Assembly: GCA_946626265.1 (NCBI GenBank)
Contig: CAMOUE010000001.1
Span: 1-35,271, forward strand
Origin: an uncultured Eggerthellaceae bacterium
GTDB taxonomy: Bacteria > Actinomycetota > Coriobacteriia > Coriobacteriales > Eggerthellaceae
Length of the DNA stretch: 35,271 nt
Direction: 5' to 3'
Shown piece by piece: positions 1 to 7,457 of the stretch. Numbering within the stretch: position 1 is the first letter of the stretch; each line of letters begins with the position of its first letter. The position numbers and the translations under genes are program-made. Below the pieces are notes generated by a model, which was given only the letters and a program-made list of their open reading frames with translations, had not been told where the DNA came from and made no database searches.

Positions 1-1
1 G

Positions 2-391
2 CCTGGCAACCTCATCGTCACGTGCCGTATCCAGCCGCACGAGTTCTTCGAGCGCGACGGGGACAGCCTCCATGCCCGCGTGAACATATCGATGGTGCAG
101 GCCGCGCTCGGCGCGGAAGTCGAGATAGACGGAATCATGCCCGACGAGAAGGTGAGCGTGAGAATACCCGAAGGCTGCCAGAACGACCAGGTCATCCGCG
201 TGCGCGGAAAGGGCATGCCGAAGTTCCGCAGCGACATGCGCGGCGACATGTTCGTCCATGCGACGGTCACGATCCCGAAGAAGCTCACGAAGAGCCAGCG
301 CGAGCTACTCGAGAAGCTCGCTTCAGAGCTCGGCGAGGATTACGCGAACGCGCGCTCGCCGTTGCAGAAGCTCCGCGACGTCTTCAACTAG
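2..391 (+). CDS. dnaJ: Chaperone DnaJ, C-terminal fragment (5' end lies outside the window)
   Basis: The frame is open from base 2 and reads PGNLIVTCRIQPHEFFERDGDSLHARVNISMVQAALGAEVEIDG...GKGMP, typical of the DnaJ C-terminal substrate-binding domains. Stop at 389-391. Confidence 0.85.
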   Translation, partial: PGNLIVTCRIQPHEFFERDGDSLHARVNISMVQAALGAEVEIDGIMPDEKVSVRIPEGCQNDQVIRVRGKGMPKFRSDMRGDMFVHATVTIPKKLTKSQRELLEKLASELGEDYANARSPLQKLRDVFN

Positions 392-398
392 AAGCCCG

Positions 399-1607
399 AT
401 GTTCGATACGAACTGCACGACGTTTGCGGTCGTGAACCTCGGATGCAAGGTCAACCGCGTCGAGTCGGACGCAATAGCCGCAGCGCTCGGCGCGCAGGGC
501 GCCCGGCGCGTTGGCGAGGAGGATGCCGACCTCATCGTCGTCAACACGTGCACGGTGACCGGCGAAGCCGACAAAAAGACCCGTAAGGCCGTCAGGCACG
601 CTTGCAACGCGAATCCCGATGCGCGCGTAATCGTCACGGGATGCGCGGTGGCGATAGACTCCGATACATATGGACAGCTCGGCGACAACGTCGAGGTCGT
701 CCAGAGGGCGGCCCTCCTCGAGGCGATCGAAGAAGCAGGACGCCATGCGTTGCGGTTCGGCCCCGAATTCAGGACGCGCGTGAACCTGAAGATCCAGGAC
801 GGCTGCGACCATGCGTGCACCTACTGCATCGTTCACGTCGCGCGCGGGATCGCGCGAAGCGCCCCTTTCGCGGGCGTCGTGGACGAGGCGCGCGGCTACC
901 TGGCGCGCGGCGCGAAGGAGCTCGTGCTTGCAGGCATAGACCTCGGTTCGTATAGCGATAGCGGAAAGGGACTTGCGCAGCTCGTGACCGCGATTCTCGA
1001 AGAGGCCGACAAGGCGAACGCACCGGAAAGCCTGCCCGCGCGCGTGCGCGCGTCGAGCATCGAGCCGCACACGCTCTCGCACGACCTCTTGGACCTGCTC
1101 GCGGAAAGCGATGGGAGGCTTTGCCGCCATCTGCACCTTCCGCTCCAGTCGGGAAGCACGAAGGTGCTACGGGAAATGGCGCGGCCCTACGATGCGGAAT
1201 GGTTCGTCCAGCTCGTCGGCGAAATCAGGAGCAAGGTTCCCTCCATCTCCCTTACGACCGATATCATCGTGGGGTTTCCGGGCGAGACGGAAGACGACTT
1301 CGAGCAGACGCTCGAAGTCGCCGAGAAATGCGGTTTCTCGAAAATCCACGTGTTTCCCTATTCAATGCGGCAAGGGACGCCGGCTGCGATGCGCGCCGAT
1401 CAGGTGGACGCGCAAGTGAAGGCTCAGCGCGCCTCCCGGCTTAGGGAGCTTGCAAGGGAGCTGCGCTCGCGCGATTACGAGGCGAGGCGATTTTCGGACG
1501 AGCTCGTGCTCGTCGAGCCGGAACTGGCGATTACCGAAAGCTATCACGAGATAGCGAAGCCGAAGGGCGTGCAGCCCGGCAGCCTGGTCGAAATGACGTT
1601 ACCTTAA
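399..1607 (+). CDS. mtaB: Radical-SAM methylthiotransferase, MtaB-like (tRNA ms2t6A)
   Basis: N-terminal UPF0004 domain (FAVVNLGCKVNRVESD) and radical-SAM CDHACTYC motif. The track ORF starts at 258, but that part overlaps dnaJ out of frame. ATG 399 gives the canonical N-terminus. The position after dnaJ is typical. Confidence 0.75.
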   Translation: MFDTNCTTFAVVNLGCKVNRVESDAIAAALGAQGARRVGEEDADLIVVNTCTVTGEADKKTRKAVRHACNANPDARVIVTGCAVAIDSDTYGQLGDNVEVVQRAALLEAIEEAGRHALRFGPEFRTRVNLKIQDGCDHACTYCIVHVARGIARSAPFAGVVDEARGYLARGAKELVLAGIDLGSYSDSGKGLAQLVTAILEEADKANAPESLPARVRASSIEPHTLSHDLLDLLAESDGRLCRHLHLPLQSGSTKVLREMARPYDAEWFVQLVGEIRSKVPSISLTTDIIVGFPGETEDDFEQTLEVAEKCGFSKIHVFPYSMRQGTPAAMRADQVDAQVKAQRASRLRELARELRSRDYEARRFSDELVLVEPELAITESYHEIAKPKGVQPGSLVEMTLP

Positions 1608-1622
1608 GGGGCAGATGCTACA

Positions 1623-2576
1623 ATGACCGTCATGGATGATGTTACAACGAAAATAAAGGCGCCCGCGTCGATCGACATGGCGCTTGTCGCAGGGCCTTCC
1701 GACAGCTTGCTTCGGCTGATCGAAGAGGGCTTCTCGGCGCGCATAACGATGCGCGGGGACGAGATCGAGCTGAGTGGAGACGCGATCGAAGTCGATGCGC
1801 TCACGATGCTGTTCAACGACCTCATGGCGAAGGCGAACGACGGCGAGGTACCCGACGAGCATTACGTCAAGCGGCTCATGGCATTGCTCAAGACGGCGGA
1901 GATGTCGCCAAAAGCGCTGAGGGACGATATCGTCATGACGTACCGCGGCAAGGCCATCCGTCCCAAGACGGCGGGGCAGAAGCATTTCGTTGACGCGATC
2001 CGCAACAACACGATAACGTTCGGGCTCGGCCCCGCAGGAACCGGCAAGACGTTCTTGACATGCGCCATGGCCGTCGGAGCGCTTCAGCGACGCGAGATAG
2101 GTCGCATCGTGCTGACGCGGCCCATCGTCGAAGCGGGGGAGAGCCTCGGCTTTTTGCCCGGCACGATGATGGAGAAGGTCGACCCGTACATCAGGCCGCT
2201 GTACGATGCCCTGTTCAACATGATGGACGCGTCAAAGGCCACGAAGCTCATCGAGGACGGCACCATCGAGGTGACGCCGCTCGCGTTCATGCGCGGGCGC
2301 ACGTTCGACGACAGCTTCGTGATCCTCGACGAGGCGCAGAACACGACGCCCGAGCAGATGAAGATGTTCCTCACGAGACTCGGGTTCGGGACGAAAATGG
2401 TCGTGACCGGCGACGAGTCGCAATCCGATTCACCGCGGGGGGCGACGGGGCTCGCGAGCGTGCGCGAGACCCTGATGGGCATCGACGATATTGCATTCGT
2501 CGATTTGTCGGGCGCCGACGTCGTGCGCCATTCGCTCGTGCAGCGCATCGTCGCCGCATACGACAAGAAACGCTAG
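1623..2576 (+). CDS. phoH: PhoH-like ATPase (PhoH/YbeZ family)
   Basis: Walker A GPAGTGKT and Walker B ILDEAQN. Classic phoH-ybeY-dgkA-era synteny. Confidence 0.9.
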   Translation: MTVMDDVTTKIKAPASIDMALVAGPSDSLLRLIEEGFSARITMRGDEIELSGDAIEVDALTMLFNDLMAKANDGEVPDEHYVKRLMALLKTAEMSPKALRDDIVMTYRGKAIRPKTAGQKHFVDAIRNNTITFGLGPAGTGKTFLTCAMAVGALQRREIGRIVLTRPIVEAGESLGFLPGTMMEKVDPYIRPLYDALFNMMDASKATKLIEDGTIEVTPLAFMRGRTFDDSFVILDEAQNTTPEQMKMFLTRLGFGTKMVVTGDESQSDSPRGATGLASVRETLMGIDDIAFVDLSGADVVRHSLVQRIVAAYDKKR

Positions 2577-2585
2577 GGGGCCTAC

Positions 2586-3086
2586 GTGGACATTCTGGTC
2601 AATTACGATTATCGGGCAGACGACGTCAAGGCCGCCATCGACGTCGAACGGTTGGCTGAGCACGTCATTCGCGCCGAGAAGTGCCCCGATTCTACCGAAG
2701 TGTCGATAAACTTCGTCACGAACGAGGCGATTCACGAGCTGAATCGCGACTACCGCGGCGTCGACAGGCCAACGGACGTCCTGTCGTTCGAATGCGACGG
2801 GTACGACGATGAGATAGCCTACGATTCCGAGGTCGACGAGTCGTTCGAGCTCGGCGACATCGTGGTTGCCCCCGATGTGGCGCAAGGCCAGGCTCCGGAG
2901 TACGGCATGACGTTTTCCGACGAGTTGAGCCTGCTCGTCGTACACGGATTGCTGCACCTATGCGGATACGACCATATGGAAGACGACGAGGCCGAAATCA
3001 TGGAGGCGCGCGAGCGCGAGCTGCTATCCGAGTACTACGGGCGGACGTTCAAACGTTGCGCAGGTGAAGACAGAATCCATGCGTAG
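2586..3086 (+). CDS. ybeY: rRNA maturation endoribonuclease YbeY
   Basis: Zinc-binding signature HGLLHLCGYDH. GTG start. Synteny with phoH and era. Confidence 0.9.
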   Translation: MDILVNYDYRADDVKAAIDVERLAEHVIRAEKCPDSTEVSINFVTNEAIHELNRDYRGVDRPTDVLSFECDGYDDEIAYDSEVDESFELGDIVVAPDVAQGQAPEYGMTFSDELSLLVVHGLLHLCGYDHMEDDEAEIMEARERELLSEYYGRTFKRCAGEDRIHA

Positions 3087-3438
3087 CCCGTTTTTGAAAT
3101 CGTTCCTGTACGCGTTCGAGGGCATATTCGCGTCTGCGCGGGGGAGGAACTTCAAGGTTCAGAGCGCCTTCGCGTTGCTCGCGATCGCGCTCGGCCTCGG
3201 GTTTGGTATCGACGCCGCATCGTGGCTCGCGATATTCGTGTGCATCGGATGCGTGCTCGGCGGGGAGTGCTTCAACACGGCGCTCGAATCGGTCGTCGAC
3301 CTCGTCTCTCCCGGATACCACGACCTTGCCAAGCGAGCGAAGGATTGCGCTGCGGGCGCCGTGCTCGTCATGTCGTTCGCGTCGGTCGCCGTGGCGGCCA
3401 TTATATTCGTACCGAAACTGTTCGAGTTGCTCGCGTAG
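3064..3438 (+). CDS. dgkA: Diacylglycerol/undecaprenol kinase, DgkA family
   Basis: Small three-TM protein with FLKSFLYAFEGI and NTALESVVD motifs. The start is GTG 3064 or ATG 3079. Either start overlaps the ybeY 3' end. Confidence 0.85.
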   Translation: MKTESMRSPFLKSFLYAFEGIFASARGRNFKVQSAFALLAIALGLGFGIDAASWLAIFVCIGCVLGGECFNTALESVVDLVSPGYHDLAKRAKDCAAGAVLVMSFASVAVAAIIFVPKLFELLA

Positions 3439-3489
3439 GCGTTCGGTGCCGGTTCGGGCAGCTGTGCAAGCGAAGAGGAGATTGCATAT

Positions 3490-4410
3490 ATGACGACGTT
3501 CGATGGGATGTTCGACGGTTACAAATCGGGTTTCGTGACGTTGGTCGGGCGGCCGAATGCCGGAAAGTCGACGCTGTTGAATGCCGTAATCGGCAAGAAG
3601 ATCGCGATTACGTCGAACACGGCGCAGACGACGCGCCACCGCTTCAGGGCCGTGAAGACGACCGACAGGTTCCAGCTCGTCATGGTCGACACTCCCGGAC
3701 TCCACAAGCCACACGACGCGCTCGGCGAGGAGCTCAACACGTCTGCGTTGAAGGCGCTCGAGGACGTCGACGTCATCGCCATGCTCGTCGATTCCTCGAA
3801 ACCCGTCGGCACGGGCGACGAGTGGGTGGCGAATCAGCTGAAGCGAATCCGCACGAGCAAGATCCTCGTGCTCTCGAAGACGGACCTCGTCGACGAGAAG
3901 ACGCTTGCCGGGCAGCGCGAGGCGGCATCGGCGCTTTGCGAATGGGACGGGATCGTTACATGCTCGTCCGTGACCGAAGAGGGCGTCGGCGCGTTCGTGG
4001 AATCGGTCGTCGAGCTGCTTCCCGAGGGCCCGCAGTGGTTCCCGGCGGATATGGAGACGGACCAACCCGAAGAGGTCGTCGTCGCCGAATTCATACGCGA
4101 GAAGATTCTCAGGAGCTTCCGTGACGAGATTCCGCACGCCATCGGCGTGCAAACGGAGGAGATGCATTACTCGCGCAAGAAGGACCTCCATTCGATCCGC
4201 GCGATCATATACGTGGAGCACGATAGCCAGAAGGGCATGATAATCGGCAAGAAAGGCGCCGCTATCAAGCGAATAGGCAGCGAAGCGCGCGTGGACCTGG
4301 AAAGGATACTCGGCACGCGGGTCTACCTCGACCTGTCGGTAAAGGTGAAGAAGAACTGGCGACGCGACGCGAATCAGATCAGGCGTTTCGGTTACGGGGA
4401 AGGCGCGTAG
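3490..4410 (+). CDS. era: GTPase Era
   Basis: G1 GRPNAGKST, G3 DTPG, G4 SKTD and a C-terminal KH domain. GAGGAG ribosome-binding site upstream. Confidence 0.95.
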   Translation: MTTFDGMFDGYKSGFVTLVGRPNAGKSTLLNAVIGKKIAITSNTAQTTRHRFRAVKTTDRFQLVMVDTPGLHKPHDALGEELNTSALKALEDVDVIAMLVDSSKPVGTGDEWVANQLKRIRTSKILVLSKTDLVDEKTLAGQREAASALCEWDGIVTCSSVTEEGVGAFVESVVELLPEGPQWFPADMETDQPEEVVVAEFIREKILRSFRDEIPHAIGVQTEEMHYSRKKDLHSIRAIIYVEHDSQKGMIIGKKGAAIKRIGSEARVDLERILGTRVYLDLSVKVKKNWRRDANQIRRFGYGEGA

Positions 4411-4519
4411 GCTAAAACTTGGAAACGGCCGGACAACGATTCCGAGGAATCTGCGTGCGCGGCGGCGTTGCGCGACCTTTCGAATAAAATGGAGCTGAAC
4501 CGACGTTAAGGGGCTTCGC

Positions 4520-6106
4520 ATGATATGTCCGAATTGCGATTCCGAAAACAGGGCTGAGGCCAAATACTGCGATCAATGCGGATTCCCGCTTACGGGCGCC
4601 ATTGCGCGTGCCGCCCAATCGCTCGCAGAAAGCGCGGATGCGGTCGAAGAGCCAGAGCTCGTCGAGTTCGAGGAAGATTCAAAGACGCCCGACGTCGCCG
4701 ATTCCGAAGACCCCGCAGAGACGCCCGACGCGCCCGTGTCCGATGAACCGGCGGAGACGCCCGACGCGCCCGGGCCTGACGAACCTACAGAGATGATTGA
4801 CGCCGTCGAGCCCGATGGACCGACGGAGACGATAGACGCCGTAGACCCCCTTGAGGCAACCGGGGCGCTTGACGCGGCCGGGCAATCAAAGGAAGAAGCG
4901 GATGCGGCTGGAATCGACTTCGTTCCCGCCGCCGACGAAGACCCGACCGTCCCCTTGGACGACGGGGCAGATGAACCGGCCGACATGCAAGAGACGTCGA
5001 AGATCGACCTTGCCGGCTTCGACGTCGAAGGCGGAGCGTTCGGGGAGCGCGTCGTTTCTGGCGGTTTCGCGGCACCGGCATTCGAGAGCCGCGACGGGAA
5101 CACGATGCAGATGCCGCGTATCGAGGAGAACGCGGCGCCGAAGGCCAAAGAGTACCTCGCGCGCAACGAGAGGCCGAAAAAACGCAGGCGAACGGCAAAG
5201 ATCGCGGCTATCGTGATTGCATGCGCTGCTGCCTGCGCGGCGATGGCCCTCTTTGCAACGTATCAGTTCGAGCTATGGGGCGGCCGGGCCATCCCGGACG
5301 TCGTGGGAATGACCGAGGCCGACGCGAGCGACATGCTCGCCGAGGATGGGTTCAGCGTGCGCACGACTCACGTGAAGTCAGACGGCACGGAGGGCCTCGT
5401 TCTCGTAATGGATCCGACGGCTGGAACGCGTGCGGACGAGGGGACCGAGGTCGTCATCCACCTCGCCGCAGCGCGGGTCATTCCCGACGTCAAGGGAAAG
5501 AACCAAGACGATGCGGCGGCGATGCTCGAGGAAGAGGGATTCGAGAACGTCGTCATGGAAGACGAGAAATCGGATGAGCCGGAAGACACCGTGCTGTCCG
5601 TCGACCCGGAGGTCGGGGAGCGTGCCAAGAGCACACAGCAAGTCACGGTCAAGATCGCCGACCCCTATGTCGTTCCGGAGATTGCCGGCCTCGATTACGA
5701 CGACGCGGTTGCAGCGGTCGTCAACGCTGGCCTCGCATACGACGTCGCCCGCGTGAATACGGTCGAGTACCAGGAAGGCTACATCATGGGCTCCGAGCCC
5801 GTGGCCGGCTCGAAGGTGCCCGGAGGTTCGCTCGTGGTCATCCAGGTCGCGCATGCGCGCGGAACCGAGCTCGTCGACCTCACGTCGGCGTTGCTCGCAC
5901 CCGGCCAAACGTTCTTCCTGAACGGCCACGACTACGAAATCGAGTCGCTCGATTCGATTGAGTACATCGGAAACGACACGGTGAGCTTCGGGTGTACGGC
6001 ACGCCCGTTCGCGAGCATACTCGGCGAGACGGTGTACGTGAGCGCACGCCACGTGACGGGAACGGTGACGTGGACGTCGGACAACCAAGTGGCGGGCATT
6101 TCGTAG
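4520..6106 (+). CDS. Membrane protein: N-terminal zinc ribbon, acidic Pro-rich repeats, one TM helix, three PASTA domains and an unassigned C-terminal domain
   Basis: CPNC..x12..CDQC zinc ribbon and PAETPDAP-type repeats. TM helix IAAIVIACAAACAAMALFATY. Three PASTA-like units (IPDVVGMTEADA..., IPDVKGKNQDDA..., VPEIAGLDYDDA...). No kinase or transpeptidase motifs seen. Confidence 0.8.
   Translation: MICPNCDSENRAEAKYCDQCGFPLTGAIARAAQSLAESADAVEEPELVEFEEDSKTPDVADSEDPAETPDAPVSDEPAETPDAPGPDEPTEMIDAVEPDGPTETIDAVDPLEATGALDAAGQSKEEADAAGIDFVPAADEDPTVPLDDGADEPADMQETSKIDLAGFDVEGGAFGERVVSGGFAAPAFESRDGNTMQMPRIEENAAPKAKEYLARNERPKKRRRTAKIAAIVIACAAACAAMALFATYQFELWGGRAIPDVVGMTEADASDMLAEDGFSVRTTHVKSDGTEGLVLVMDPTAGTRADEGTEVVIHLAAARVIPDVKGKNQDDAAAMLEEEGFENVVMEDEKSDEPEDTVLSVDPEVGERAKSTQQVTVKIADPYVVPEIAGLDYDDAVAAVVNAGLAYDVARVNTVEYQEGYIMGSEPVAGSKVPGGSLVVIQVAHARGTELVDLTSALLAPGQTFFLNGHDYEIESLDSIEYIGNDTVSFGCTARPFASILGETVYVSARHVTGTVTWTSDNQVAGIS
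4712..4850 (+). repeat. Four degenerate 36-bp in-frame tandem repeats (12-aa units PAETPDAPVSDE / PAETPDAPGPDE / PTEMIDAVEPDG / PTETIDAVDP)
   Basis: Read directly. gcagagacgcccgacgcgccc recurs 36 bp later as gcggagacgcccgacgcgccc, followed by two more diverged units. Confidence 0.8.
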
Positions 6107-6110
6107 ACGC

Positions 6111-6881
6111 ATGGCTGCAAAGACGTCGAAAGCGCGCGCCATCGTCTTGAGGAAGACGAAGCTCGGCGAGAAGGACCTGATAATCACTTTCATAGACGAG
6201 TCGGGCTCGTTGAGGCGCGGCGTTGCGAAGGGCGCCCGGAAGCCGGGGGGCTCGTATGCGTCGCGACTCGAGCTGTTCACGGTCGTGGACGTCATGTTCG
6301 CGGAGGGCCGCACGCTCGACGTCGTCACCGACGCCAAACGCGCTGTCGATGCGCACGATACGCCGAGCGGCCTCGAGCAGACGACATGTGCCGCTCCTAT
6401 TGCCGAGCTCATATGCGCCGTTGCACAGGAGGGCCTCACGCATGAGCGACTGTTCGACATGACGGCGCTCTCGTTCTCGACGCTCTCGAAGTGCGAAAGC
6501 GACGCATGCCCCGCCGTCACCGCGGCAGCACTGCTCAAAGCGCTGTCGATGGCCGGTTTCAGGCCGAGCTTCGACATGTGCGTCGAGTGCGCATCTCCCA
6601 TTGCGTACCCGCTCGGAGCAGGACGCGTTCCCCTCTCGTATGCCGACGGGGGCGTCGTATGCGCATCGTGCGCCAAGCCTGCCGACGCGGTGCTCGTTGA
6701 CGGGCGGACGATCGAATGGGCGAGGGCGCTTCTGTTCTCGACGTTCGCCGACATTGCTGGAATGAACGTCGGCCTGGGAGATTCGTTCGCGGTCCTGCAC
6801 CTCGTGCGGGAGTGGACGCGCGTGCACGTCGGAAGGACGCTGAAGTCGCTCGAGTTCATGTTCGCGAGCGCCATATGGTGA
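6111..6881 (+). CDS. recO: DNA repair protein RecO
   Basis: N-terminal OB-fold sequence (AIVLRKTKLGEKDLIITF) and Cys4 zinc motif CVEC...CASC. Located in the era neighbourhood. Confidence 0.9.
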   Translation: MAAKTSKARAIVLRKTKLGEKDLIITFIDESGSLRRGVAKGARKPGGSYASRLELFTVVDVMFAEGRTLDVVTDAKRAVDAHDTPSGLEQTTCAAPIAELICAVAQEGLTHERLFDMTALSFSTLSKCESDACPAVTAAALLKALSMAGFRPSFDMCVECASPIAYPLGAGRVPLSYADGGVVCASCAKPADAVLVDGRTIEWARALLFSTFADIAGMNVGLGDSFAVLHLVREWTRVHVGRTLKSLEFMFASAIW

Positions 6882-7067
6882 CACCGCATGGCGATGAAGC
6901 CTGTCATGTGCGGAAACTGTGATGCGCTTGTCCGAACGGGCCGTGTTCTCTAGAATAGACGGGCTGCGTAAACGCGCAGCGGCTTCTTTCTTAGCTCGCA
7001 TGGCCACCTCCATGCATGCTCGGATGGAAGGCGAGAAATCCCGTAAGGGCACGAGAAAGGTGAAACA

Positions 7068-7355
7068 ATGGCAGACAAGCTGAGCATCACGAAGGAGCGC
7101 ACGGCCGAGCTCATCGCGGAGTACGGCAAGGGCGCAAACGATTCCGGAAGTGCCGAGGTGCAGGTCGCTATCCTGACCGAGCGCATCCGCAACCTCACCG
7201 AGCATCTCAAGGTTCACAAGAAGGACAACCACACCCGCCGCGGCCTCATGAAGCTGATCGGTCGTCGTCGCGGCCTTCTCAAGTACATCAAGACCCGCGA
7301 CATCGAAGAGTATCGCGCGCTGGTCAAGAAGCTCGGCATCCGCGACAACATCTAG
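7068..7355 (+). CDS. rpsO: 30S ribosomal protein S15
   Basis: Full-length S15 sequence ([33 protein letters not shown]). rpsO-pnp synteny. Confidence 0.95.
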   Translation: MADKLSITKERTAELIAEYGKGANDSGSAEVQVAILTERIRNLTEHLKVHKKDNHTRRGLMKLIGRRRGLLKYIKTRDIEEYRALVKKLGIRDNI

Positions 7356-7362
7356 TGAAGAC

Positions 7363-7387
7363 GAACCCGCGTCAAGCGGGTTCTTTT
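7363..7387 (+). terminator. Intrinsic terminator or attenuator after rpsO
   Basis: Stem gaacccgc (7363-7370) pairs with gcgggttc (7376-7383). 5-nt loop, then TTTT at 7384-7387. Confidence 0.75.
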
Positions 7388-7388
7388 C

Positions 7389-7422
7389 AAATGAGTCACT
7401 TTGCAGTCAAAGTGACTCATTT
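7389..7422 (+). promoter_or_regulatory. Perfect 14-bp AT-rich hairpin in the pnp leader
   Basis: aaatgagtcacttt (7389-7402), loop gcagtc, aaagtgactcattt (7409-7422). Lies between the rpsO terminator and the purine-rich pnp ribosome-binding site. Confidence 0.6.
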
Positions 7423-7457
7423 CAGTAAAGAGGAAAAAAGAGGAAGTAGAAAAGAAC

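Noticed and set aside
258-398. Upstream extensions of track ORFs into the preceding gene: 258 for mtaB, 16083 for the RodZ-like gene, 19439 for pgsA and 9660 for dapB.
   Set aside because: The extensions overlap the 3' end of well-supported upstream genes out of frame. Internal starts with ribosome-binding sites give family-typical N-termini.
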